Source of the DNA: Nitrospirota bacterium
Lineage (GTDB): Bacteria; Nitrospirota; Nitrospiria; 2-01-FULL-66-17
Direction of reading: 5' to 3'
DNA: 64,000 bases
Assembly: GCA_049325335.1 (NCBI GenBank)
Contig: JBMOMC010000007.1
Span: 362,398-426,397, forward strand
The translations under genes were made by a program, and so were the position numbers. Under the pieces are notes generated by a model that made no database searches, had not been told where the DNA came from, and saw nothing but the letters and a program-made list of their open reading frames with translations. How positions within the stretch are numbered: the first letter of the stretch is position 1; each line of letters begins with the position of its first letter. Positions 9,138-19,278 of the stretch are shown here, in pieces.

Positions 9138-10122
9138 GTGTCCCTCCCGATTGTTCCTTGAACATGGTGGCGATGACGGTTTCGATCGCCACCTCCTCGA
9201 TCGACAAATCCTCGACCGGCAACGCCGAGAGGAGGCCTTGCGCGGTTTGGGCCAAGTCTTTCTTCGGCACGTTCAAAGTCACGCTCAATCCGTTGTGCTC
9301 CGTGACCTCGCCGAACCGCGCGAGCGCCGGCGGCGCCACCGCCTGCGTCAACCGCAGCGTGACGATCTTATGGTCCACGTACCGATCGGCCAACTCGGCC
9401 AACGCGCCGTCGTAAATGATCCGGCCGTCGTTGATCACCAGCACGCGACGGCACAACCGCTCCACGTCGCGCATGTAGTGGCTGGTCAAAATCACGGTGG
9501 TCCGGTTGGTGCGATTGTAGGCGTCGATAAACGCCCGGATGTTCTCCTGCGACACCACGTCCAACCCGATGGTGGGTTCGTCCAAGAACAACACGCGCGG
9601 CTGGTGCAGCAGCGCCGCGATCAGCTCGCACTTCATCCGCTCGCCCATCGACAGCTTGCGGACCTGCACGTCCAGGAGCTGGCCGACCCCGAGGATCTCG
9701 ACCAGTTCGTCCAGGGTGCGCCGGTACGCCGACCGATCGATCTCGTAAATATCGCGGTTGAGTTCGAAGGATTCGCGCGCCGGCAAGTCCCACCACAGTT
9801 GATTCTTCTGGCCCATGACAATGGCGAATTGCCGCTGGTACGCGGGCTCGCGTTTCCACGGCACGTGACCCAGCACCGTGACCTCCCCCGACGTCGGATA
9901 CAAAATGCCCGACAGGATTTTGAGCGTGGTGGTCTTGCCCGCGCCGTTGGGCCCCAGAAACCCGACCAGTTCGCCTTCGTTGATGGAAAACGCGACGTCC
10001 TTGACCGCGTGGTGATACAACGTCTCGCGCCAAAACAAACTCTTGAGCGATCCTTTGAGCCCTGGCTCTTTTTTGAAGTAATCGAAGGTCTTGTTCAGAC
10101 CTTTGACGTTTATCGCAACCAC
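9124..10122 (-). CDS. ABC transporter ATP-binding protein
   Basis: GPNGAGKTT Walker A, LSMGERM signature, LFLDEPT Walker B. Confidence 0.93.
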   Translation of the reverse strand: MVAINVKGLNKTFDYFKKEPGLKGSLKSLFWRETLYHHAVKDVAFSINEGELVGFLGPNGAGKTTTLKILSGILYPTSGEVTVLGHVPWKREPAYQRQFAIVMGQKNQLWWDLPARESFELNRDIYEIDRSAYRRTLDELVEILGVGQLLDVQVRKLSMGERMKCELIAALLHQPRVLFLDEPTIGLDVVSQENIRAFIDAYNRTNRTTVILTSHYMRDVERLCRRVLVINDGRIIYDGALAELADRYVDHKIVTLRLTQAVAPPALARFGEVTEHNGLSVTLNVPKKDLAQTAQGLLSALPVEDLSIEEVAIETVIATMFKEQSGGTRDTH

Positions 10123-10129
10123 GTCTTCC

Positions 10130-11011
10130 CTACGAGCTCGCCGACGAGTAGTGGCGCAAACTGAGGTTCCACACGGCCATCGAGACCGTCATCATCGCCG
10201 CCGCCACCCCGACCGCCAGTCCGATCAGCCCCCAGTCCGTTCGCCCAGCCAAAACCGAGGCCGGCACCGTGGCGATCAAGCTGACCGGAATCACGAACGT
10301 GAAGATCGCTTTGCCCAGCCCGCGGAAAATGTCTCGTGGATACCGCGCGGTTTCCATGAACGTGTACACGATGGTATTGAGCTCCTGGGATTTGACGATC
10401 CAGAACACCGCGCTGTTGATCAGCAGACAGAACGCGTAATAGATCGTCAACGAGACGCCGAGCAGCGCCACGTACAGGGGCAATCCGGCCCATGACGCGT
10501 CGAGATGGGAGAACCCATATCCGACGAGCGCCACCCCCATGACCCCCTCGCCCAGACTCTCGGTCAATGACACGTGCCGAAAACCCAGATGGACGTTGGG
10601 CCGCACGGGTTTGACCAATAAGACGTCGAATTGCCCGGTGCGTACGTAGTCGCCTAGTTCCAAGAACCCTTGCCGAAAGAGCAAATAGGCCGCCTCGCGG
10701 ACCAGACCCACGCTGCCGATGAGGATCACCGTCTGATGAAACGTCCACCCGCCGATCGTGGTCACGTTCGTAAAGAGAATGGCGAAAAAGATCACGTTGA
10801 CCGCCATGAACCCGATATCCATCCCCACGTTCAACAAAAAATTCGTCCGGTAGATCATCTCGTTTTTGAGATTGTGCGTCAGAAACGACACGTACAACCG
10901 CCCCAACGCCCCAGCCTCTCGCAGAATTCCTCCCTTCTCCCTTTCTCCCCCTCCCCCCCTCACCCCCTCGGTCTTGCTCCCCTCCCCCCTTCGCCCCATC
11001 GCCGGTTCCAT
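10130..11011 (-). CDS. ABC-2 family (DUF990-like) permease; N-terminus encoded by a G-rich repeat
   Basis: Six hydrophobic segments, G.FD..LVKP motif, YP.DIF; start uncertain. Confidence 0.85.
   Translation of the reverse strand: MEPAMGRRGEGSKTEGVRGGGGEREKGGILREAGALGRLYVSFLTHNLKNEMIYRTNFLLNVGMDIGFMAVNVIFFAILFTNVTTIGGWTFHQTVILIGSVGLVREAAYLLFRQGFLELGDYVRTGQFDVLLVKPVRPNVHLGFRHVSLTESLGEGVMGVALVGYGFSHLDASWAGLPLYVALLGVSLTIYYAFCLLINSAVFWIVKSQELNTIVYTFMETARYPRDIFRGLGKAIFTFVIPVSLIATVPASVLAGRTDWGLIGLAVGVAAAMMTVSMAVWNLSLRHYSSASS
10928..11000. repeat. Pyrimidine-rich 8-mer tandem repeat (CCCTTTCT/CCCCCTCA type) at a gene junction
   Basis: TCCCTTCT CCCTTTCT CCCCCTCC CCCCCTCA CCCCCTC; same arm type as at 4380-4416 and 26881-26912. 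Confidence 0.6.
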
Positions 11012-11015
11012 CAGT

Positions 11016-11804
11016 TCAGTTCCCCACGGCTTCATACCGCGCAATGCCTCGCGCCAACCCCCAACGGGCCACGACGAAGATTGCCGCGATCCACGCCGCG
11101 GCGGTTCCGAGATCCAGCCAGAGGTCCGGGCGCTTCTCGAGGAAAATCTGGATCGGCACGAACACCAGATATTGGAACGGCAACATCGCGGCGACCCTTC
11201 CGAGCGCGTCCGGAAACACGTCGAGCGGCAACAGGGTGCCGGCGAAAAAGAACATGGCGTACTGCAACATGTACTTAAACACCCGCACCTGCACCAACCA
11301 GAACGCCATTAATCCGATGCAGAACTCTAACGCAAAGGCCAGCAACACGCCCAATGCCAGCGCCGCCGCAAACGCCAGGTACGTGGTATGGCGCTCGGGC
11401 AGCCGGACCATGGGGCCCACGGCCATCCACAGCCCGCCCACCACGGCCGCAACCACCGCGGTTTCGAACAGTTTCCCGGACGCGTTCATGGTCAGCCAAT
11501 ACGTCAGGTAATCGATGGGCTTGACCAGAAAGTGTGAGAAGAACCCCTCGCGGATATGGTCGATGATCTCCCAGCTCACGTACGAGATCACCACGGTGTT
11601 GATCACGAATTGCAGGAGGTAATACGTCACCAGCTCGGACAACGCGTACGATCCGATCCGGCCGCCGTCGCGATAGATCGCGGTCCATAAATACAGGAGC
11701 ACCGAGACGGTCAGCGTGTATCCGACGATGTAGATGATGGTGGGCGCGCGATACTGGAGAGAGTTGAGCCAGTTGACGCGAAACACCGTGAGGTATTTGC
11801 GCAC
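11016..11804 (-). CDS. ABC-2 family (DUF990-like) permease
   Basis: LQYR, IREG.FSHFLVKP, FFAGTLLPL, LPFQY motifs; paired with the neighbouring permease. Confidence 0.85.
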   Translation of the reverse strand: MRKYLTVFRVNWLNSLQYRAPTIIYIVGYTLTVSVLLYLWTAIYRDGGRIGSYALSELVTYYLLQFVINTVVISYVSWEIIDHIREGFFSHFLVKPIDYLTYWLTMNASGKLFETAVVAAVVGGLWMAVGPMVRLPERHTTYLAFAAALALGVLLAFALEFCIGLMAFWLVQVRVFKYMLQYAMFFFAGTLLPLDVFPDALGRVAAMLPFQYLVFVPIQIFLEKRPDLWLDLGTAAAWIAAIFVVARWGLARGIARYEAVGN

Positions 11805-11892
11805 CGCGTCATTGTACGCAATCCACTCCCCTTGACGCAAAGCGACCAAGCCGGCGTTTGCCGCGTGTCGCGAAAACCCTTAGAATCACCCC

Positions 11893-13953
11893 ATGCCGTC
11901 CTGGTGGACAGTTCTCCCAGCGGTCAGCGCGGTCTGGGCCCTGGGTCTTGCCCTGGTCGTGATCGCCCGCAACCGCGCCAGTCACATGCATCAGAGTTTT
12001 GCCTTCGGCATGTTGGCGTTGTCGATCATGGAGGTGGGGCACCTCATGGCCGGCATCCGATCCGATGACGCGGTGTTTTGGACCCGCATGGCCCTGGCCG
12101 GACAGATCCTTCAGCCCCTTCCCTGGCTGGTGTTCTCCCTCACGTTCGGCCGCCGGGACTCCGATCACCACCTGCGCAGCCGGCGCACGGTGTTGTCCGC
12201 GGTCGCCGCCGCAACCGCGCTCTTCCTCGGGATGTTGTTGTTCAAGCGGCATCTCATGGAAGATCTCAGTCTCCGACCGGTCGGCTTCTGGTTTCACGTG
12301 TTCCTCCTGCTGTCGCTGACCGCGGTATTGGTCAACCTCGAACGGACCGTCCGCTCGGCCGATCGGTCCCTGCAGTGGCGCATGAAGTACTTCATGCTTG
12401 GGCTGTTCGCGATCATGGCGGTGGCTATTTTGGACGTGAGTCAGGTCATTCTCTACGCCGCGGCCGATCAATGGATCGCCCCCCTGTTCTCGAGCGTGAT
12501 GATCATCGGATGCGGGTTGATGACCTTCGCCGTGATCCGACACCGCCTGTTCGACCTCGACATGTTCCTGTCGCGGTACATGGTCTACAACTCGATCACC
12601 CTGGTGCTCGTGGGCATCTACCTGCTCGGCGTGGGGCTCGCGGCGCAAGCCGTCAAGAGCCTGGGCGGCGACAGCAATATGTATTGGGGCGCCTTGGTGG
12701 TGGTGGTCAGCGTGATCGCGCTCGCCGTCGTGCTCCTCTCCTACGACGTCCGCACGCGCGTCAAAGTGTTCATCAACCGCCACTTCTTCAAGTACAAATA
12801 CGACTACCGCAAGGAGTGGATGGACCTGACCGAACGCCTAAGCGCCAAACCCACGGTGGAGACTATCGCGTCGGCGCTCTCCGCGATGTTGTTCGAGACG
12901 TTCTGGATCAGGGACACCCACCTGTGGTTGGCCGATGAACGGGAGCGCGACATGGTGTCGGTGGGCGCCGACCCCGGCGCGCACGCGCTCCGGTGGACGG
13001 CGTCCGCGCTCGCCGCGCTCAAGGCCCGCGATGAGCCGGTGGTGGTGGCCGATCCGTCGGAATCCCGCTTGGCCCTGCCCGACGGCGCGCCCGCCGAGGA
13101 CCTGCGCGCGTTGGGCGTCCGAATCCTGGTGCCCCTGGTGGTGCAGGATCGGCTTGTCGGCCTGCTCGGCTTGGCCGCGCCTCACACCGCCTCGCCCCTG
13201 ACCGAAGAAGATTTCGCCCTCCTCAAAACCATCGGGAAACAGGTCGCGGCCAGCGTGCTCAACGCGCAACTGCTCCGCCAACTGGTGGCCTCCAAGGAAC
13301 TGGAGAGCTTTCACGCGTTCTCCACGTTTTTACTGCACGACCTGAAAAACTTCATTTCCATGCTGTCGTTGCTCGTGGACAACATGGAGCGCAATTTCGA
13401 CAACCCCGCGTTTCGCAACGACGCGCTCCAGAACCTCTCCCAGACCGTAGACAAAATGAAACGCCTGATGGAACGGTTGGGCGCATTGGCCCAATCGCCC
13501 GCGCCGACGTTCACACCCGTTGACCTCAACCGGCTCGGCCGCGCCGTGATCGAGGAGGTCCGACCGTCGCTCAAATCCGCGGTGTTGACCGAGTGGGGCG
13601 CGGTCCCGAGCGTACGGGGCGACGCCGCGCAGATCCGGCGGGTCCTGATCAACCTGCTGCTGAACGCCGACGAAGCCCTCACCGGGCGCGGCGACATCCA
13701 CGTCTCCACCCGGATGGAACACGGTATGGTGACCTGCCGCGTGGCGGACAACGGCCCCGGCATCCCCGCCGACTTTCTCCAGACTCGCTTGTTCAAACCC
13801 TTTGCCACGACCAAAAGCGGAGGGTTCGGCGTCGGCCTGTACCAGTGCAAAACCATCGTGGAAGCGCACGGCGGCCGGGTCGCGGCCGAAAGCCAAGTGG
13901 GGCAAGGGAGTATACTGTCCTTCTCGATCCCCGTGATGAAGGACGGCGAATGA
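11893..13953 (+). CDS. prsK: PEP-CTERM system sensor histidine kinase
   Basis: Multi-TM N-terminus with LVNLERT and KVFINRHFFKYKYDYRKEW, GAF domain, FLLHDLKN H-box, LFKPFATTK..GFGVGLYQ. Confidence 0.9.
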   Translation: MPSWWTVLPAVSAVWALGLALVVIARNRASHMHQSFAFGMLALSIMEVGHLMAGIRSDDAVFWTRMALAGQILQPLPWLVFSLTFGRRDSDHHLRSRRTVLSAVAAATALFLGMLLFKRHLMEDLSLRPVGFWFHVFLLLSLTAVLVNLERTVRSADRSLQWRMKYFMLGLFAIMAVAILDVSQVILYAAADQWIAPLFSSVMIIGCGLMTFAVIRHRLFDLDMFLSRYMVYNSITLVLVGIYLLGVGLAAQAVKSLGGDSNMYWGALVVVVSVIALAVVLLSYDVRTRVKVFINRHFFKYKYDYRKEWMDLTERLSAKPTVETIASALSAMLFETFWIRDTHLWLADERERDMVSVGADPGAHALRWTASALAALKARDEPVVVADPSESRLALPDGAPAEDLRALGVRILVPLVVQDRLVGLLGLAAPHTASPLTEEDFALLKTIGKQVAASVLNAQLLRQLVASKELESFHAFSTFLLHDLKNFISMLSLLVDNMERNFDNPAFRNDALQNLSQTVDKMKRLMERLGALAQSPAPTFTPVDLNRLGRAVIEEVRPSLKSAVLTEWGAVPSVRGDAAQIRRVLINLLLNADEALTGRGDIHVSTRMEHGMVTCRVADNGPGIPADFLQTRLFKPFATTKSGGFGVGLYQCKTIVEAHGGRVAAESQVGQGSILSFSIPVMKDGE

Positions 13954-15323
13954 CCAAACCCCGGCTCCTGGTGGTGGACGACGAAGAGGCCATCCGCAAT
14001 CAGATGCGGTGGGCGCTGGCCGACGAGTACGACGTCCTGCTCGCCGAGGACCGGTCCTCCGCGCTGGAACAGATGAAGCAGACGCGTCCCGACGCCGTGC
14101 TCTTGGACCTCGGCCTGCCTCCGGCGCCGCGCGAGGCCACCGAGGGACTCCAGGCGCTGGCGGAGTTGCTCGCGGCCGACCGGCAAGCCAAGATCATCGT
14201 GATCACCGGGAATCATGATCGGGCCAACGCGCTGCGGGCCGTGGAGCAGGGCGCGTTCGACTTCTTCTCCAAACCCGCCGACATCCCGGAAGTCCGGGTC
14301 GTCCTCAAACGCGCGCTGCGACTGGCCGAGTTGGAACGGGAGAACGACGCGTTGCGGCAACGTCTCGGCGAGCGGGGCTTCGAGGACATCGTCGGAGAAA
14401 GCACGGCGATGCAGAAAGTGTTCGCGGTGATTCGGAAGGTCGCGACCACCGATGCGTCCGTGCTCATCGTGGGAGAAAGCGGAACCGGGAAAGAACTCGT
14501 GGCCCAGGCGATTCACCGATCCGGCGATCGCCGCGACGGGTCGTTTGTGGTGATCAATTGCGGGGCGATTCCGGAAACATTGCTGGAAAGCGAGTTATTC
14601 GGCCATGAAAAAGGCTCGTTCACGCACGCGGACGCGCGGCGCAAGGGCAAGTTCGAGTACGCCGACAACGGCACGTTGTTCTTGGACGAAATCGGCGAAT
14701 TGCCGCTCTCGCTGCAGGTCAAATTGCTGCGGTTCCTCCAAGACCACCGGATCGAACGGGTGGGCGGGCGCGAACTGATTCCGCTCAACGTCCGGATCAT
14801 CGCGGCCACCAACCGGGATCTCAAACGTGCGGCGGCCGAAGGCCGATTCCGGGACGATTTGTATTTTCGTCTCGGCATCGTGACCATCACCATGCCCCCG
14901 TTGCGCGAACGCGAGCACGACGCGATGTTGTTGGCCCGCACGTTTCTGCAACGCTTCGCGGGGCAATACCATAAGGAGGTCCGCGGGTTCTCCGCCGACG
15001 CCGCGGCCGCGATCCGCGCCGGCTCATGGCCCGGAAACGTGCGCGAGCTGGAACATCGGGTGAAACGCGGCGTCATTATGGCGGACGGCGCGCTGCTCAC
15101 CGCGCAGGACATCGAGATGGACCTTCCCGCCGACGCGTCGCCCACGCGTTCGCTGCGCGACGTCCGCGACGAAGCCGAACGGCGGCACGTCCAGATCGTG
15201 CTGGAGCGCTGCGGAGGCAACGTCAGCCGCGCCGCCTCGGAACTCGCGGTCAGCCGCCCGACCTTGCACGAACTGATCAAAAAATACGGGCTGCGCAAGC
15301 CGCCCGAGACTGACCCCGAGTAG
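13950..15323 (+). CDS. prsR: PEP-CTERM-box sigma54-dependent response regulator (REC-AAA+-Fis HTH)
   Basis: LLDLGLPP receiver, GESGTGKE, ESELFGHEKGSFT, WPGNVREL, VSRPTL HTH; ATGA overlap with prsK. Confidence 0.9.
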   Translation: MTKPRLLVVDDEEAIRNQMRWALADEYDVLLAEDRSSALEQMKQTRPDAVLLDLGLPPAPREATEGLQALAELLAADRQAKIIVITGNHDRANALRAVEQGAFDFFSKPADIPEVRVVLKRALRLAELERENDALRQRLGERGFEDIVGESTAMQKVFAVIRKVATTDASVLIVGESGTGKELVAQAIHRSGDRRDGSFVVINCGAIPETLLESELFGHEKGSFTHADARRKGKFEYADNGTLFLDEIGELPLSLQVKLLRFLQDHRIERVGGRELIPLNVRIIAATNRDLKRAAAEGRFRDDLYFRLGIVTITMPPLREREHDAMLLARTFLQRFAGQYHKEVRGFSADAAAAIRAGSWPGNVRELEHRVKRGVIMADGALLTAQDIEMDLPADASPTRSLRDVRDEAERRHVQIVLERCGGNVSRAASELAVSRPTLHELIKKYGLRKPPETDPE

Positions 15324-15443
15324 GCTTCCGAGAGTCGCACCTAGCACCGTCCGTGCGCGAACAGAGGTGTGATCCCCGCATGCGAATGCGGTCTCGCCCA
15401 CCCAGAGTGCCTGACGTCGGAGCGGTTCCGGAGCGCGCGGAGT

Positions 15444-16637
15444 TTAGAGCGTGATCCGCGCGATCCGGCGCTTGCCGACTCGGATGCGATAGGTTCGGCC
15501 GCGCGCAAGGCGCATGGCGGGATCAGTCACAGGCGCTTCGTCCACGTCCACCGCGTTTTGTGGGATCAGGCGGCGCACTTCGCCCTTGCTGGCGACCAAT
15601 CCGGCCTGATGGATCACATCGACCAACGCCACGTCGGGCCGATCCGCGTCACCCATCCCGCGCAGATCGACCTCCTCGGCTTCGGCAAACTCGCGTTTAC
15701 GAACCCGGCGCTCAAAAAAATCGCGCGCGCGCCCCGCGGCCTCCGCGCCGTGAAAGCGCTCCACGATCCTGGCGGCCAGCCGCAGCTTGGCCTCCATGGG
15801 ATGCGCGTTGCGGATTGCGTCCAGCGGCTCGGTGGTGAGCAGCTCGTAGTAGCGCAACATGGTGCGATCGTCGATCGACATGGCCTTGCCGAAGATCTCC
15901 TCAGGCGCTTCCTCAATCCCGATGTAGTTCCCGAGGCTCTTGCTCATTTTGCGCACGCCGTCGGTGCCTTCCAGCAACGGCAATGTGATCACGACTTGTG
16001 ATTCCTGCCCGTACCGGCGCTGCAACGTGCGCCCCATGAGCAAATTGAACTTTTGATCCGACCCGCCCAACTCCACGTCCGCCTTGAGCGCCACCGAATC
16101 GTACCCTTGCAGCAACGGGTAGTAGAACTCCAACACCGTGATGTCCTTGCCCTCGGCAAAGCGTTTTTTGAAATCATCCCGCTCCAGCACCCGGGCCACG
16201 GTCTGTTTGGCGCCCAACTCCGCGAACTCCAACGTGGACATGGAGCCGAGCCACTCGCTGTTGAATCGAATCTCGGTCTTGCGCGGGTCCAGGATCTTGA
16301 AGACCTGCCGCTCGTACGTCTTCGCGTTTTCGCGGACCTGCTCGCGAGTGAGCGGCTTGCGGGTTTCCGACACGCCGCTGGGGTCGCCGATCATGCCGGT
16401 AAAATCCCCAATCAAGAAGATGACCTGGTGCCCCAACTCTTGGAACACGCGCAGCTTTTCGACCAACACGGTGTGACCGAGGTGCAGGTCCGGCGCGGTG
16501 GGGTCGAACCCGGCTTTCACGCGCAACGCCAGGCCGGACGCGGCCGACGCGCGTAACTTCTCCTCCAATTCGTTGGGCTGGATGACTTCCACCGTGCCCC
16601 GCGTGATCAGTTCCAGCGCCCGCGCGACGTCCGCCAT
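15444..16637 (-). CDS. tyrS: Tyrosine--tRNA ligase
   Basis: [27 protein letters not shown]-terminal S4 domain. Confidence 0.96.
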   Translation of the reverse strand: MADVARALELITRGTVEVIQPNELEEKLRASAASGLALRVKAGFDPTAPDLHLGHTVLVEKLRVFQELGHQVIFLIGDFTGMIGDPSGVSETRKPLTREQVRENAKTYERQVFKILDPRKTEIRFNSEWLGSMSTLEFAELGAKQTVARVLERDDFKKRFAEGKDITVLEFYYPLLQGYDSVALKADVELGGSDQKFNLLMGRTLQRRYGQESQVVITLPLLEGTDGVRKMSKSLGNYIGIEEAPEEIFGKAMSIDDRTMLRYYELLTTEPLDAIRNAHPMEAKLRLAARIVERFHGAEAAGRARDFFERRVRKREFAEAEEVDLRGMGDADRPDVALVDVIHQAGLVASKGEVRRLIPQNAVDVDEAPVTDPAMRLARGRTYRIRVGKRRIARITL

Positions 16638-16641
16638 CGAC

Positions 16642-18036
16642 TCACCCTTTCTTGACCGCGTGAACGGCGTCGCCCCGCACCGCGGCCGCGGCCTCGCGCA
16701 CCACTTCGGCCAAGGTCGGATGCACGTGGATCGCGCGCGCCACGTCATCCGCGCTCGCTCCGGCCCGCAGCGCAACCACGGCTTCGTGAATCAACTCCGC
16801 CGCGTGGGGTCCGATGATGTGCACGCCCAACACCTCGCCGGTGTCCTCGGTCGCGACCACCTTCACGAACCCCGCGATCTCGCCCAGCATGTGCGCCTTG
16901 GCCAGCCCGCGAAAGGGAAACTCCCCGACCGAAATCGCGCGTCCGCTCGCGCGCGCCTGCGTCTCGGTCAAGCCCACGCTGCCGATTTCGGGCGCGGTAA
17001 AAATCCCGGCCGGGATGCGCTCCCAATCCATGCGCGCCGAACGCCCCATGACGCGTTCGGCCGCCACCTCGCCCTGGGCCGAGGCCGCGTGCGCGAGTTG
17101 TTTGCGCCCGATCACGTCGCCGACCGCCCACACCCCGTCCACTCCGGTCTCCAACTCATCGTTGACCACAACCTCGCCGCGCGCGCCCACGCGGAGCCCC
17201 ACGGCGTCGGCGCCGATGCCCGCGCTGTTGAGCGACCGGCCCACCGCTACCAGCACGCGCTCCGCGTTCACCGACTCGCCCGAAGACACGTCCACGCGCA
17301 CGCCGCGCTCGGATGCCTCGACCCGCGTGACTCCGGTTCCCAGCCGCACGGTGATGCCCTGCTTCTTCATCTCCCGCAGCAACAGGGCGGAGACGGCTTC
17401 GTCCTCCGAGGCCACCACGCGGGGAAATTGTTCGATCACGGTAACTTGCGCACCCAATGCGCGGAAGATGCACGCGAACTCGCAGCCGGTGACCCCGCCG
17501 CCGACGATGACCAGGCTCTCCGGGAGGCACGCGAGGTCGAGCGCGTCGTCGGTGGTCAGGACCCGGTCCCCGTCAAAGGGAAACAGGGCGGGCCGCGCGG
17601 GCTCCGAACCCGTGGCCACGATCACCGCGTCGCTCTCGATAACGCGCGACGCCCCCTCCGCGTCGCGCACGACCGCGGACCGCGGCCCGGTCAACGCGCC
17701 CACGCCGCGGACCAGCACGACCTTCGCGGATTTACACAGATGTTCGATGCCCTGCGTTTGCGCCTGAACCAGCCGCTGCTTGCGCGCCACCACGGCGGCC
17801 AGATCCACCCCGACCCGGTCCGAGACCTGCACGCCGAATTCGTTGGCGCGGCGCACTGTCCTGAGCACGTCAGCCGTGGCCACGAGCGCTTTGGTCGGGA
17901 TACACCCACGGTGCAAACACGTGCCGCCGAGACCGCGCGATTCGATCACGGTGACCCGCGCGCCGAGATGCGCGGCCCGGAGCGCGGCCACATACCCTCC
18001 GGGGCCACCACCCAGCACGAGCAATCGTTGTGACAT
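16642..18036 (-). CDS. lpdA: Dihydrolipoyl dehydrogenase
   Basis: [20 protein letters not shown] redox disulfide, HPTLAE. Confidence 0.94.
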   Translation of the reverse strand: MSQRLLVLGGGPGGYVAALRAAHLGARVTVIESRGLGGTCLHRGCIPTKALVATADVLRTVRRANEFGVQVSDRVGVDLAAVVARKQRLVQAQTQGIEHLCKSAKVVLVRGVGALTGPRSAVVRDAEGASRVIESDAVIVATGSEPARPALFPFDGDRVLTTDDALDLACLPESLVIVGGGVTGCEFACIFRALGAQVTVIEQFPRVVASEDEAVSALLLREMKKQGITVRLGTGVTRVEASERGVRVDVSSGESVNAERVLVAVGRSLNSAGIGADAVGLRVGARGEVVVNDELETGVDGVWAVGDVIGRKQLAHAASAQGEVAAERVMGRSARMDWERIPAGIFTAPEIGSVGLTETQARASGRAISVGEFPFRGLAKAHMLGEIAGFVKVVATEDTGEVLGVHIIGPHAAELIHEAVVALRAGASADDVARAIHVHPTLAEVVREAAAAVRGDAVHAVKKG

Positions 18037-18112
18037 GGAAAATCAGACAGCGGAGACGACGCGCGGCGGGCGCGACCCGACAGACCCGATCGGACGGGGA
18101 CGGAGAGGACGC

Positions 18113-18511
18113 TTACTCCTCCTCTTCCTCTTCGCCCTCCTCAATGAACTCCTCGTACTCCTTGGCGCTCATGAGCGCGTCCAAATCATCGGCGCTGCCG
18201 ACGGTCATGACCGCGATCCAGCCTTTGCCGTACGGGTCCTCGTTGATCAGTTGCGGCGATTCCTTGAGCTCGTCGTTGACCTCGATGAGCTTCCCGCTGA
18301 TGGGCGCGAGCACGGGCGAGGTGGTTTTGGTGGACTCGATCTCGGTAATTTCCTCCTCGGCCGCGACCTCGGCGCCGGCTTCCGGCAGCTCGATGTAGAC
18401 GATGTCGCCCAATTCGCCCTGCGCATAATCGGTAATACCGATCACGGCGTGTTTCCCCTCGACCCGGACCCACTCGTGATCGGTCGAATACCGTAAGTCA
18501 TCGGGAACCAT
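18113..18511 (-). CDS. gcvH: Glycine cleavage H-type lipoyl carrier protein
   Basis: YSTDHEW, GITDYAQGELGD, ESTK lipoyl lysine, NEDPYGKGW. Confidence 0.93.
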   Translation of the reverse strand: MVPDDLRYSTDHEWVRVEGKHAVIGITDYAQGELGDIVYIELPEAGAEVAAEEEITEIESTKTTSPVLAPISGKLIEVNDELKESPQLINEDPYGKGWIAVMTVGSADDLDALMSAKEYEEFIEEGEEEEEE

Positions 18512-18650
18512 AGATCCTCCTCGTGTTTCCTCGCCAAAAGAGGCCCGATACTACCCGACGCGCTTTTTCCTTGTCAACGCTCCACGCGCGCGGCGAAACG
18601 ATGGGGGACACGCACAAAGTTCGCCCGCGTCAAAGCACCCGTTGGATTGC

Positions 18651-18755
18651 TGGAGCCGGCGGTCGGGATTGACCCTGCACCGCGCCTGTGGCGTGGAATG
18701 TCCATGGGCACTTCCACCCAGCTGGCGCAGCAACCGACGACCTGCTGATTACGAA
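18651..18755 (-). pseudogene. Displaced 3' half of tRNA-Thr (att site) interrupted by a 60-bp hairpin in the T-loop
   Basis: 18651-18671 + 18732-18755 are identical to 21539-21583; no tRNA 5' half follows. Confidence 0.9.
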
Positions 18756-19240
18756 CTGCAGCCGATCATCAATGAAGTCAAAAAGTTGAGGAGAATCAAT
18801 GGGCACATTGCGGCAAACCGCGGCATTCCGGTCGAAAACACGCAGCTATCCGCAACCGGGGCGCGGGCCGCCGGAGCCTGACGGTTACTATACCCATTCT
18901 GGATGGCCCTCTATGACGGTTCTCGATCAACGATCATGATCATGCTGTGCTACGGCGTTCATAACGCAGAACTCGCACAGCGAGGAATTCATTCTCCGCC
19001 GAACAGCGGTCCATTTTGGCGTTACCGACAATTTCGGTAGCCCGACACCGCTCCCACTGGTCGCCCCCATTCCCGTCTAATACCTACCGAGGGGATTGCC
19101 TGACTGTATACAGTGGGGGCGGGCCGCTTTCCCCACTTGGGGGGCGCAGCTGCAGACTTCGGCTCGGCAGTTTCAATGCGGAGGCGGTTCGCGTCGCCTG
19201 TCGTCACAGTAGGCCTGGAACTTGTCAGCAACAATTTGAC

Positions 19241-19270
19241 TTGACACCTGTACCGTGATAGGTTACAAAT
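19241..19270 (+). promoter_or_regulatory. higBA promoter with overlapping operator palindrome
   Basis: TTGACA at 19241; imperfect dyad TGTACC-gtgata-GGTTACA at 19249-19267. Confidence 0.6.
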
Positions 19271-19278
19271 CAATCCCG

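Noticed and set aside
18651..18755. A second functional, intron-containing tRNA-Thr
   Set aside because: Similarity stops at the anticodon loop; no D-arm or 5' acceptor strand follows, so it is an att fragment
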